Shown here: positions 1-8,674 of the stretch, piece after piece
How positions within the stretch are numbered: position 1 is the stretch's first letter
Layout of the letters: each line of letters starts with the position of its first letter
DNA from: Actinomycetes bacterium
GTDB lineage: Bacteria; Actinomycetota; Acidimicrobiia; Acidimicrobiales; SZUA-35
Assembly: GCA_024280015.1 (NCBI GenBank)
Contig: JAJRQY010000125.1
Span: 9,064 to 73,063, forward strand
DNA: 64,000 nucleotides
Direction: 5' to 3'
The notes under the pieces: generated by a model
What the model saw: the letters and a program-made list of their open reading frames with translations, nothing else
The model's database searches: none
What the model was told of the DNA's origin: nothing
Program-made: the position numbers and the translations under genes

Positions 1-1222
1 CGATGTAGCCGAAGAATGATCCGCCCGAGGCCGACAGTCCGCTAAAGGTCTCCCCAGGAAGTGACTCATCTACCCGACGGCCATAGGAGCCAATCTTGGC
101 CCCATCACTGACCCAGGGAAGGAATACCGAAACAAGAGAAATCAGCGCACCAACCCCGGCAACGATGATCCATTGCCGTTCCGTTGACCCGACCGAAGCA
201 AGGCGGGGGCCGGTGGCCACATGCTTCGCGACCTTTGTCGTGTTACCAACCGGAATAAGAACTTCGGGGTCTTTTCGGTGGGCCCAAGCCATCTTGATCC
301 GGTGACCAAGGCTGCCTGAGTCACCTTCTTCTGGTTGTGACATGCGGTCAAGGACAACGGCAACAAGGAAGAAGGCCAGACCACCAGAAGAGGCCAGAGC
401 AACGTTCTGGCCACTGAGGGCCCGCAAGAGCAAGCGTCCAAGTCCACCAGCACCCATGAGGGCGGCGATGCCAAGCATGGAAATGGCCAGCAGAAGGGTC
501 TGGTTCAGACCGGTCATGATTGCCGGGCGAGCCAGCGGGAGTTGCACGTCCAGCAGGACCCGTGACTCCGGTGCGCCGTAGGCCCGGCTGGCTTCGACCA
601 CATCTTCTGGAACCTGGCGAATACCAAGGTTGGTCAGACGAATAAGGGGTGGCAAGGCGAACACCATTGTCACCATGGTCGCCGAGGTCGGTCCAATGCC
701 GAAGAAGAAAATGAAGGGAAGCATGTAGACAAAGGAGTGCACAACCTGCATGGCATCCAGCATTGGCCGAACAACCTTCCAGACCGAGTCGATCCGTCCA
801 CACAGCACACCAACAGGCACACCAATGATCACCGAAAGCACAACGGCAACAAAGATGTAGCCAATGGTTCGAGCGGTTTCAATCCAATAGGAGTTACCGA
901 GGATCCCACAGGTTGCCAAGGCAATGGCGGCGAATGCTCCGACCTTGACGTTGCGGACCAAAGACCCAAGGACGAAGAAGCCCAGGCAGACGACAAGCCA
1001 GGGCAATTTCTCTAGGAAGCTATCGACTACCAGATTGATGAGGAACGCGAAGGGCCATTCGATGATGGCCAGCAACCAGCCGAGATTGCCGTCGATCCAG
1101 TCGACGGTTTGGTCCATCCAGGCTCCGAAGGGGATCTCAAACTCGTCGAGAACCCGGTTCTCCCAGATCTTGGGTCCGTCGCTTGTTTCTTGTGCCAAGA
1201 TTGCGGTTTGTAGCAGCGTCAT
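1..1222 (-). CDS. proW: Glycine betaine/proline ABC transporter permease (ProW/OpuAB family), 3' end runs off the window
   Basis: Not in the ORF track because it has no stop. Manual translation from ATG 1222, which overlaps the TAA of the ATPase gene, gives MTLLQTAILAQETSDGPKIWENRVLDEFEIPFGAWMDQTVDW...PPLIRLTNLGIRQVPEDVVEASRAYGA...VQLPLARPAIMTGLNQT. This contains the EAA loop and the ProW signature. The frame is open to position 1. Confidence 0.9.
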   Translation of the reverse strand, partial: MTLLQTAILAQETSDGPKIWENRVLDEFEIPFGAWMDQTVDWIDGNLGWLLAIIEWPFAFLINLVVDSFLEKLPWLVVCLGFFVLGSLVRNVKVGAFAAIALATCGILGNSYWIETARTIGYIFVAVVLSVIIGVPVGVLCGRIDSVWKVVRPMLDAMQVVHSFVYMLPFIFFFGIGPTSATMVTMVFALPPLIRLTNLGIRQVPEDVVEASRAYGAPESRVLLDVQLPLARPAIMTGLNQTLLLAISMLGIAALMGAGGLGRLLLRALSGQNVALASSGGLAFFLVAVVLDRMSQPEEGDSGSLGHRIKMAWAHRKDPEVLIPVGNTTKVAKHVATGPRLASVGSTERQWIIVAGVGALISLVSVFLPWVSDGAKIGSYGRRVDESLPGETFSGLSASGGSFFGYI

Positions 1223-2469
1223 TACATGAACACCTCTCGCTCGAAGCCGTCTATCAGTTGCTCGACTCGACCCATCTCTTCCATGATCAGCCGTGGATCG
1301 AGGTTGCCAATCAAGGCACCGTCATCGTCGACCACGGCAATGGGCAATCCCCGACCGGCGGAGGCGTACACCTCGTTCAGGGTGGCAGTTGACGTCGCCC
1401 GGTCAAAGTCGGTTCGAACCGCACTTGACAGGTCGGTAGAACCAATGTTGAGGGCTCGGGCGATGTCGGCGGTGGTAATGAGGCCTGACGGATGACCCTT
1501 GTCGTCGACCACGAACACGCCAGCCCGGTCGCCCAGAGAGTTGAGCGCATCGGCCATCGAAGTATTGAGGGCCAGGGTGATCGGATCTTGCATGACTTCT
1601 TGCACCTCGATGACTCGTCCCTGGTCAACGTCCTGCACAAATTCGGCAACGTAGCCGGTTGCTGGTTGGGTGAGGATTTCTTCGGGGGTGCCGATCTGCA
1701 CCACTCGGCCGTCCTTCATGATGCAAACCCGATCACCAATGCGGAGGGCCTCATTGAGATCGTGGGTGATGAACAAGATGGTCTTGTGGAGTTCGTTCTG
1801 AATCTCCATCATCTCGTCCTGCATCTGGCGCCGAATGAGGGGGTCAAGAGCGCTGAACGCTTCGTCCATGAGCAGGATGTCGGGGTCAGCCGCTAGCGCA
1901 CGGGCCAAACCGACTCGCTGCTGCATGCCGCCGGATAGTTCGCTTGGAGCGTTCTGGGCGTAGGCCTCAAGCCCGGTCAGGGCGAGGGCTCGCATTGAGG
2001 CCTTGTCTCGCTCGGCCTTTGGCACCTTCTGAACCTTGAGGCCATAGCCAACATTGTCAATAATATTGCGGTGGGGGAACAGGGCGAAGTGTTGAAAGAC
2101 CATGCCCATCTTCTCCCGCCGAAAGGCCTGGAGATCTGAACCACTCAAGGTTTGCACGTCGACACCGTCGACCCAGACTTGACCCGAGGTGACCTCATGC
2201 AATTTGTTGACCATGCGGATGGCAGTTGATTTACCGGACCCGGAGAGCCCCATGACTACGAAGATCTCACCCTTGCGCACACTGAAGTTCACGTCGTCCA
2301 ACCCGACAACATGGCCAGACAGTCGCTGAACTTCTTCCTTGCCGAGACCTGAGGTGGCTAGGTCAAAAGCACGGCCATGCGGTTGCGGCCCGAATATCTT
2401 GTAGACGTTCTCCAGTCGAATAATCTCTTCGCCAGCATCAGTCACGTAGGTCCCTTTCTTGGACGGCAT
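1222..2469 (-). CDS. proV: Glycine betaine/proline ABC transporter ATP-binding protein with CBS domains (ProV/OpuAA)
   Basis: Walker A GLSGSGKS, GMVFQHFALFPH, signature LSGGMQQRVGLARAL, Walker B LLMDEAFSALD and a C-terminal CBS pair. The start is ATG 2469 or GTG 2445; the latter has AAAGGGA upstream. Confidence 0.93.
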   Translation of the reverse strand: MPSKKGTYVTDAGEEIIRLENVYKIFGPQPHGRAFDLATSGLGKEEVQRLSGHVVGLDDVNFSVRKGEIFVVMGLSGSGKSTAIRMVNKLHEVTSGQVWVDGVDVQTLSGSDLQAFRREKMGMVFQHFALFPHRNIIDNVGYGLKVQKVPKAERDKASMRALALTGLEAYAQNAPSELSGGMQQRVGLARALAADPDILLMDEAFSALDPLIRRQMQDEMMEIQNELHKTILFITHDLNEALRIGDRVCIMKDGRVVQIGTPEEILTQPATGYVAEFVQDVDQGRVIEVQEVMQDPITLALNTSMADALNSLGDRAGVFVVDDKGHPSGLITTADIARALNIGSTDLSSAVRTDFDRATSTATLNEVYASAGRGLPIAVVDDDGALIGNLDPRLIMEEMGRVEQLIDGFEREVFM

Positions 2470-2677
2470 TGAACGGCGGCCGTCTGCTTGTTGTCCATGC
2501 CTCCGAGCACAAGACAGGAGGTGAGTAGTCGCCGACCGTAGCATTCGGGCCCGGAGTGCACCATTGGAACAATGGGTGAGCGTTCCAAGACTGGTCTGCT
2601 TGCACCCAGCAACATCGGGACTAGAATGGGGCCTGTTGATTCGTGTACGTAGGGCGCTACCTTGGAGGAGCTGACCG

Positions 2678-2965
2678 GTGTCGATTCGAGATTTCCTTCA
2701 AGAGTGGAACTCTCGGCGCCGAGGTCGACGGCACATTCCGCCGATGGCTGGTTCGGCAACACGCGACATCATCGGGCCGACGGGGTTCGCCTTCAGTGCG
2801 GCGTGGAAGGAAGTAGAGAAGGGTGGCGATGCCTACCTCAATTCTTTCGACCGTCGTCTTCCGCCCAGCCTTTTCGTTTCCGAGCGTGATCGCCAACGCG
2901 CTGGTCAACCAATGCCAGTTGTGGAACGATGCATCGAAGACTGGGGATCAGACCCTGAGACCTAG
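2678..2965 (+). CDS. Small hypothetical protein (95 aa)
   Basis: GTG start preceded by GGAGGAG. It fills the gap before the usp gene on the same strand. No recognisable family. Confidence 0.55.
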   Translation: MSIRDFLQEWNSRRRGRRHIPPMAGSATRDIIGPTGFAFSAAWKEVEKGGDAYLNSFDRRLPPSLFVSERDRQRAGQPMPVVERCIEDWGSDPET

Positions 2966-2994
2966 ACACAGACGCTGACTGAGTAGGAACGCTC

Positions 2995-3534
2995 ATGCAC
3001 ATTTTTATTGCCACTGACGGATCGCTGGACATCGACAAGACAGCCACCATGGTTGCTCGTCTGTATGAACCAGGTGATGACGTCAGCATTGTTACCGCAA
3101 TCCAGTTTCCTCGGGAGTTCCTGAGCGGAATAGCCAAAGCCACTGGTGTGAGCGAGGTTGCGAAGTTTGCTCATGAGGCCGGGGCGGGTGTGCTCGGAAT
3201 TGCTGGTGGGGCCAAGGCAGCAGAGAAGATGAGTAGCAGGCTGGCGACACCCCCTCAAGACCAGCACCCTCTCAATACCTACTTTTCCGACACTGCCCGC
3301 CAACGGACCGACGGGCTACGAACTCGGCTCGGCGAGTTGGGGGTTGATGCGGTTGCTGCCTGGGTGAGTACCGAGAACCAGACGGCACGCACGATCTTGT
3401 CCATGGCCTCCAAGAACGGGGCAGATCTTCTAATCATCGGCGCGCACGGGCGGGGACGATTTGAGGGCCCATTGGGATCGACGGTAACCAAGATTGTTCG
3501 ACGGGCGAAGATGCAAGTTCTCATCGTCCGGTAG
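2995..3534 (+). CDS. Universal stress protein (UspA family)
   Basis: N-terminal IFIATDGS and C-terminal ADLLIIGAHGRG...LGSTVTKIVRRAKMQVLIVR, both USP motifs. Confidence 0.85.
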   Translation: MHIFIATDGSLDIDKTATMVARLYEPGDDVSIVTAIQFPREFLSGIAKATGVSEVAKFAHEAGAGVLGIAGGAKAAEKMSSRLATPPQDQHPLNTYFSDTARQRTDGLRTRLGELGVDAVAAWVSTENQTARTILSMASKNGADLLIIGAHGRGRFEGPLGSTVTKIVRRAKMQVLIVR

Positions 3535-3693
3535 GCCAAAACAGCAGGGAATCAGTGGACAACTCGTCAACTTGCCATGACATATACAGATGGGTTGCAC
3601 CGATCTACATATGACGATTTGCCACTCTGAACAGGATCTGGGTAGTCACATGGGTTAAGTTCTGTTGAAACCTTTCGAGGGGAGAACCTGTAT

Positions 3694-4914
3694 ATGAAGA
3701 GTAAAAAGTTCACATTCGCCGCGATCGCAGCCGTGTTTGCCTTGTTGGTAAGCGCCTGTGGAAGTGGCAGTGACGATGCAGCGGAGCCTGCGGCGACTAC
3801 CGAAGCCGCCGGTGACACAACCGCTGAGACCGAGGCACCAGAAGATGGTGCTATGGACGATGAAGATGGTGCTATGGATGGCGAGCATGCCATGCCCGGT
3901 GAGGGCGTTAGCGTCACCATGGGCCGGGCCGACTGGTCCACTGGCTATTTCCAGGCTTACGTCTACCGCCAGATGCTGACCGAGCTTGGCTATGAGGTCT
4001 CTGACCCAGCCGAGCTTGAGCTTGGCCCGTCCTTGGCCTATCTAGCCATGGCCGAAGGCGACATCGACTTCTGGGTCAATAGCTGGTATCCCGGCCACAA
4101 TAGCTGGTGGGCCCCGGAGCTTCCCGACGGAACGACCGTTGGCGACCACCTGGAAATTGTTGGCTCGCAGATGATGGCTGGTGGCCTGCAGGGCTACCTG
4201 ATCACCAAGTCCTTTGCTGATGAGTACGGCATTACTCACCTGGATCAGATCAACGACGATGCCGACATCCTGGCCGCCTTTGATGCTGAGGACACCAACC
4301 CCGGCAACGGCAAGGCTGATATTTATGGTTGCCCCGATAGCTGGACCTGTGACAACATCATCCAAGCCCAGATCGCATTCTCGGGTTGGGACAATATTGA
4401 GCAGACCCTGGCTGGCTATGACGCCATGGTTGCCGAGGCCGTCGACAAGGCTAACTCGGGTGTCCCGATGGTTATCTACACCTGGACCCCGAGTGCATAC
4501 ATCACTCAGTTGATTCCCGGTGACAATGTTGTCTGGATTTCTGTCGAGGAGACTATTGATGATTCCAACCCGAACGGCGAAGAGGGTGGAGAGTCTTATG
4601 ACCAGACACCGGGAACCGCTGCTATTGGCGAGGATCTTTGTCCCGGAGCTGCCATTGATGGCGAGTGCCGCCTTGGCTGGGTAGCCGCTGACATTCAGGT
4701 CACTGGCAATGTCGACTTCTTGGATGCCAACCCGGCAGCCAAGGCCCTGTTTGAGGAAGTGACCTTGTCCGTCATTGATGTCTCGCTGGCCAATGTTCAG
4801 CAAGCTGCTGGAGCTGACACCAGCGACGCTATTCAGGGGCTTGCTGCTGACTGGATTGCTGACAACCGTGAACTGGTTGATGGTTGGTTAGCAACAGCAG
4901 CTGCTGCTGGCTGA
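3694..4914 (+). CDS. proX: Glycine betaine/proline ABC substrate-binding lipoprotein (ProX/OpuAC family)
   Basis: Lipobox LVSAC and an acidic linker. Motifs DWSTGYF, GDIDFWVNSW, IYGCPDSWTC and YTWTP are typical of ProX. RBS GGGGAG. Confidence 0.88.
   Translation: MKSKKFTFAAIAAVFALLVSACGSGSDDAAEPAATTEAAGDTTAETEAPEDGAMDDEDGAMDGEHAMPGEGVSVTMGRADWSTGYFQAYVYRQMLTELGYEVSDPAELELGPSLAYLAMAEGDIDFWVNSWYPGHNSWWAPELPDGTTVGDHLEIVGSQMMAGGLQGYLITKSFADEYGITHLDQINDDADILAAFDAEDTNPGNGKADIYGCPDSWTCDNIIQAQIAFSGWDNIEQTLAGYDAMVAEAVDKANSGVPMVIYTWTPSAYITQLIPGDNVVWISVEETIDDSNPNGEEGGESYDQTPGTAAIGEDLCPGAAIDGECRLGWVAADIQVTGNVDFLDANPAAKALFEEVTLSVIDVSLANVQQAAGADTSDAIQGLAADWIADNRELVDGWLATAAAAG
3841..3882 (+). repeat. 21-bp tandem duplication in the ProX linker (EDGAMDD-EDGAMDG)
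   Basis: gaagatggtgctatggacgat followed by gaagatggtgctatggatggc. Confidence 0.8.
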
Positions 4915-4935
4915 TAGTTCAAGCAAGTAGTTCTG

Positions 4936-4972
4936 CGAATGCCGGGCCTTTGGGCCCGGCATTCGTTTGTTT
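4936..4972 (+). terminator. Rho-independent terminator after proX
   Basis: A 13-bp stem cgaatgccgggcc / ggcccggcattcg followed by tttgttt, about 20 nt after the proX stop. Confidence 0.85.
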
Positions 4973-4998
4973 TGGGCGGGCTATTCCAGCAAGCGACT

Positions 4999-5015
4999 AT
5001 TCCACCATGCGGAAC
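4999..5015. promoter_or_regulatory. Putative IclR operator upstream of the IclR gene
   Basis: ATTCCACCATGCGGAAC, an imperfect palindrome (TTCC...GGAA) about 33 nt before the ATG. Near-identical copies lie at 8519-8535 and 8537-8553. Confidence 0.6.
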
Positions 5016-5047
5016 AGGTGAGATGGCTGGCAGCTACCCTGGTAGTC

Positions 5048-5800
5048 ATGGCAGGAGTGCAATCAATAGAGCGAGCGTTTTGGATCTTGCGTGCTCTCGC
5101 CCAGCAACCGAGCGGGGTCACCGAGCTGGCCAAGCAGGTTGGCTTGCCAAAGAGTACAGTCGCCAGGTTGCTGGGCGCTCTGGAGTCAGAAAGAGCAGTC
5201 GAGCAGCTCGAGTCGGGCGGCGAATACCGGCTAGGTATCGGATTAGAAGAGATTACCGGTGGCTCCCAGCAGGGGCGCAGCCTGGTAGCGGTTGCCCGCC
5301 CATTCTTGATTGGACTCACCGAACAGATCGGCGAAGCCAGCGGATTGAGCAACCTGGATGAACACTGGGTCTACTTCCTTGACCAGGTGGATGGCGACAA
5401 TGATGTGCAAGTCCGGGACTGGACGGGTGAGTACGCCCCCATCCATACGGTGCCATCGGGCCTTGCCATGCTGGCCTTCATGGATGATTCCGAGGTAGAT
5501 GCCGTGATCGCTGGAGGCCTTGCGCCAGTGACGGCATTGACTATTACTGTTGGGGAAGAGTTGCGAGAGCGTCTGAGCCTGATTCGAACCGCAGGCTACG
5601 CCTGGGGGTCGGGCGAGTTCGCCGAAGGGATCTGCTCGGTTGCTGCACCAGTCTTTGGAGCCAATGGGGTCGAAGCAGCGCTCCACGTTCACGGACCAGA
5701 GTACCGTTTCCCCAATCCTGATGACAGCCATGACATTGGTCTGCGCGTTGTCGAGGCCGCCAATGGGCTTGGGGCCCAGTTGTGCGAATACGCCGACTAG
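5048..5800 (+). CDS. IclR family transcriptional regulator
   Basis: VQSIERAFWILRAL...GVTELAKQVGLPKSTVARLL HTH, plus C-terminal GYAWGSGEFAEGICSVAAPV. ATG 5048 chosen as start. Confidence 0.92.
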   Translation: MAGVQSIERAFWILRALAQQPSGVTELAKQVGLPKSTVARLLGALESERAVEQLESGGEYRLGIGLEEITGGSQQGRSLVAVARPFLIGLTEQIGEASGLSNLDEHWVYFLDQVDGDNDVQVRDWTGEYAPIHTVPSGLAMLAFMDDSEVDAVIAGGLAPVTALTITVGEELRERLSLIRTAGYAWGSGEFAEGICSVAAPVFGANGVEAALHVHGPEYRFPNPDDSHDIGLRVVEAANGLGAQLCEYAD

Positions 5801-5834
5801 CTATGTGCTGGGGCAGCCCCATATCCCCCCAGGT

Positions 5835-6731
5835 TTACAGGGTGGCCGGCGTCTGCCCCAGTTCTTGGCGGCGCCAAGCATCGGTGGCCTCTACCTGGTT
5901 GAAGGTGAAGACATGCAGTCCCTCAACACCGAGGTTGAGCATGTCTTCGCTCAAAGGCAAGAGCAGGTCGTTGGGGTCATAGGAGGTTGAGGTCATCATC
6001 TTGATGACTGCACTCCGGTTCTTCTTCAAGAAACCGAGGGACTGACCTATGCCAAGTCGTACACCCATCTTCATGAGTCGGGCCTTGTCGACCACGCCCG
6101 AGATGCCGAGGTGGATGGGCATGGTCAAGCCGTACTCACGTTGGCTATGAATCCACGCGGCAATGACTTCGGGGTCAAAGCACATCTGGGTGCTGCAATA
6201 GCCTTGCACGCCTGCGGCGGCCAAGAGTTGCTGCTTGTGGAAGAGGGCGTCGACCAGTGCCTGATCGGAGATAAAGGAGTGTCCGTCTGGATAAGCGGTG
6301 ACTCCAACGGTCTCCAAACCATGGTCGGTCTGGAGTAGACGGTCGAGGAAGGAGACCGCATCCGGGTAGGCACCGGGCTGTTCGGCATCGCCGCCAACCA
6401 GGAAGACCTTGCGGAGATTGTTGCGGCGAAGCCACTCGGCTAGTTCTTGTGTATGTGCCTGGTCCCGAACCATGCGGGCAGAGATATGAGGGATTGGTCG
6501 GAAGCCGCGGCCTAGTAACTCCATGGTGACTCGCTGGGTCTCCTCAATGCCCTTGACCGGTGAGCATGTGACCGACACCTCGGCTCCGGGCGGCAGGGCA
6601 CCAATGGCTCCATCAAGGCTCTTCATGGGCACAACCTCAAAGATGAGGTTGTCAGTGAGTGCTAACCGATGGGCGCGGGCCTGGCCTGATTCGACCTCGG
6701 AACTGGCTGGCGATTTGGAAAAGAGTGCCAT
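5835..6731 (-). CDS. metF: Methylenetetrahydrofolate reductase
   Basis: FEVVP, PHISAR, FLVGGD, AYPDGH and STQMCFD motifs of the MTHFR barrel. Directly downstream of fhs. Confidence 0.8.
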   Translation of the reverse strand: MALFSKSPASSEVESGQARAHRLALTDNLIFEVVPMKSLDGAIGALPPGAEVSVTCSPVKGIEETQRVTMELLGRGFRPIPHISARMVRDQAHTQELAEWLRRNNLRKVFLVGGDAEQPGAYPDAVSFLDRLLQTDHGLETVGVTAYPDGHSFISDQALVDALFHKQQLLAAAGVQGYCSTQMCFDPEVIAAWIHSQREYGLTMPIHLGISGVVDKARLMKMGVRLGIGQSLGFLKKNRSAVIKMMTSTSYDPNDLLLPLSEDMLNLGVEGLHVFTFNQVEATDAWRRQELGQTPATL

Positions 6732-6739
6732 GGTGGTTC

Positions 6740-8437
6740 TCAGCTCAGTCCGACGATTTCGCCATTGGCATCAATGTCAATGGACATGGCGGCTGGTGTC
6801 TTCCCTAGCCCGGGCATGGTGCGCATGTCACCACAAATGGGATAGATGAAGCCGGCACCAACTGATGCCCGTACTTCGCGCACCGGCAAGGTCCAGCCGG
6901 TTGGGGCGCCCTTCAGTTTTGGATCATGGGACAGGGACAGGTGGGTCTTGGCAATACAGACGGGCAGATCACCAAAACCAGCGGCCTCATAGGTGTCCAG
7001 TTGCTTGGCCGCTTTGGCGGATACGTCAATCCCGTCGGCACCATACACCTTGGTGGCTACCTCGTTGATCTTGTCTCGAAGTGACATTTCTGCTGGGTAC
7101 AGCAGTTTGAAGTCGCTGGGTTCGGCTGTTGCTTCGGCTACTGCTTGGGCCAGTTCGGTTGCGCCCTTGCCGCCGTCTGCGAAGTGGGTGGTGACGGCAA
7201 CGCGAGCCCCGTACTCTTCGGCGATTTCCTTGATGGCATTGATGTCAGCGTCGTGGTCGCCGGGGAAAACATTGATGGCAACGACAGGCGTCACGCCGTG
7301 CACTTGCATGTTCTCCAGCTGCTTGCGGAGGTTGTCGCCACCCTGATGCACCTCGTCGGGGTTCTCAGCCAGGAGGGCCTCGGGCAGGGGCTTGCCTGCC
7401 ACAATCTTGTGTTTGCCAGAATGGGCCTTGAGCCCACGAACGGTGGCGACCAGTACGGCGGCATCGGGAGCAAGTCCGGAGTAGCGGCACTTGATATTGA
7501 AGAATCGCTCGGCTCCCATGTCTGCCCCGAAACCTGCTTCGGTGAGGAGAAAGTCAGCGGTGTGAATGCCGACTCGGTCAGCAACGATGGAGGAGTTGCC
7601 AGTAGCAATGTTGCCGAATGGTCCGGTGTGGACGAGGGCCAGGCTGCCTTCCAGGGTTTGCATGAGGTTGGGCTTGATGGCTTCCATCAAGATGACAGCC
7701 ATGGATCCAGCCACCTTCAGCTCTTCTGCGGTGACCGGGGTGCCAGCCTTGGTATAGCCAACCACGATTCGCCCGAGGCGCTGGCGTAGGTCCTGCAGCG
7801 ATGTGCAGAGCGCCAGAGTGGCCATGACTTCGGACGCTGCGGTGATGTCAAAGCCGGTCTCGCGCGGGACACCATCAAGGCGACCGCCAAGACCAATGGT
7901 GATATTGCGCAGAGCTCGATCGTTCACATCCAGGACACGCCGCCACGTGATGTTGTACATGTCAAGGCCGGACTCGTTGCCATGATAGAGGTGAGCATCC
8001 AACATGGCCGAGCACATATTGTGGGCGGCGGTCACCGCGTGCATATCGCCAGTGAGATGGAGGTTGAATAACTCCATTGGCACAACCTGGGAGTAGCCGC
8101 CGCCAGCAGCGCCACCCTTGATACCAAAGGTTGGTCCCATTGAGGGCTGGCGAATGGCGATGGTGGCCGAAGAACCAATGTGCTGGAAGGCCTGTCCAAG
8201 GCCAACAGCAGTTGTTGTTTTGCCCTCACCCAACGGAGTGGGGGTGATGGCGGTGACGACCACATACTTGGCTTTTGGCCGATCTGACATGGCTTCGATG
8301 GCATCGAGAGAGATCTTGGCCACACCGCGGCCGTATGGTTCCAGGAGATCGGTTGGGATCCCGGCCTCGTCAGCAAGGTCGTTGAGGGGGCGCAGTTTGG
8401 CGCTTTTGGCGATCTCGAGGTCTGTGGGAAAGGCCAT
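6740..8437 (-). CDS. fhs: Formate--tetrahydrofolate ligase
   Basis: TAITPTPLGEGKTTT, FGIKGGAAGGGYSQV, HTGPFGNIA, TEAGFGADMGAERFFNIKCR and MRTMPGL. Start MAFPTDLEIAK at ATG 8437. Confidence 0.97.
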   Translation of the reverse strand: MAFPTDLEIAKSAKLRPLNDLADEAGIPTDLLEPYGRGVAKISLDAIEAMSDRPKAKYVVVTAITPTPLGEGKTTTAVGLGQAFQHIGSSATIAIRQPSMGPTFGIKGGAAGGGYSQVVPMELFNLHLTGDMHAVTAAHNMCSAMLDAHLYHGNESGLDMYNITWRRVLDVNDRALRNITIGLGGRLDGVPRETGFDITAASEVMATLALCTSLQDLRQRLGRIVVGYTKAGTPVTAEELKVAGSMAVILMEAIKPNLMQTLEGSLALVHTGPFGNIATGNSSIVADRVGIHTADFLLTEAGFGADMGAERFFNIKCRYSGLAPDAAVLVATVRGLKAHSGKHKIVAGKPLPEALLAENPDEVHQGGDNLRKQLENMQVHGVTPVVAINVFPGDHDADINAIKEIAEEYGARVAVTTHFADGGKGATELAQAVAEATAEPSDFKLLYPAEMSLRDKINEVATKVYGADGIDVSAKAAKQLDTYEAAGFGDLPVCIAKTHLSLSHDPKLKGAPTGWTLPVREVRASVGAGFIYPICGDMRTMPGLGKTPAAMSIDIDANGEIVGLS

Positions 8438-8518
8438 AGGGTGGCTCCAAGCAAAGGATTGTGGACGATCTCTGCCAAGGGCTCGACAGGGACTCGATTG
8501 TCCGGTAGTTTTCATGCG

Positions 8519-8553
8519 GTTCCGCATTGCAGAACGATTCCACCATACAGAAC
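8519..8553. promoter_or_regulatory. Tandem pair of putative IclR operators in the fhs / GcvT-family divergent promoter
   Basis: GTTCCGCATTGCAGAAC (8519-8535, near-perfect palindrome) and ATTCCACCATACAGAAC (8537-8553). Both match the site at 4999-5015. Confidence 0.62.
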
Positions 8554-8565
8554 AGTGAACTATTA

Positions 8566-8589
8566 GTCCAGCGAACCGTCCAGCGAACC
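8566..8589 (+). repeat. 12-bp perfect tandem duplication in the intergenic region
   Basis: gtccagcgaacc x2. Confidence 0.8.
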
Positions 8590-8674
8590 ATTCAAGCAGT
8601 CGGTTAAGCAAATGGTCTACAAATGACTAACCGTGTGATGAAGCAAATTGGTCCAGAATTACCGAGGAATTTCT

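Noticed and set aside
3535-3693. Riboswitch or IclR site upstream of proX
   Set aside because: No recognisable aptamer core (glycine, SAM, THF), and the best match to the IclR consensus is only about 9 of 17.
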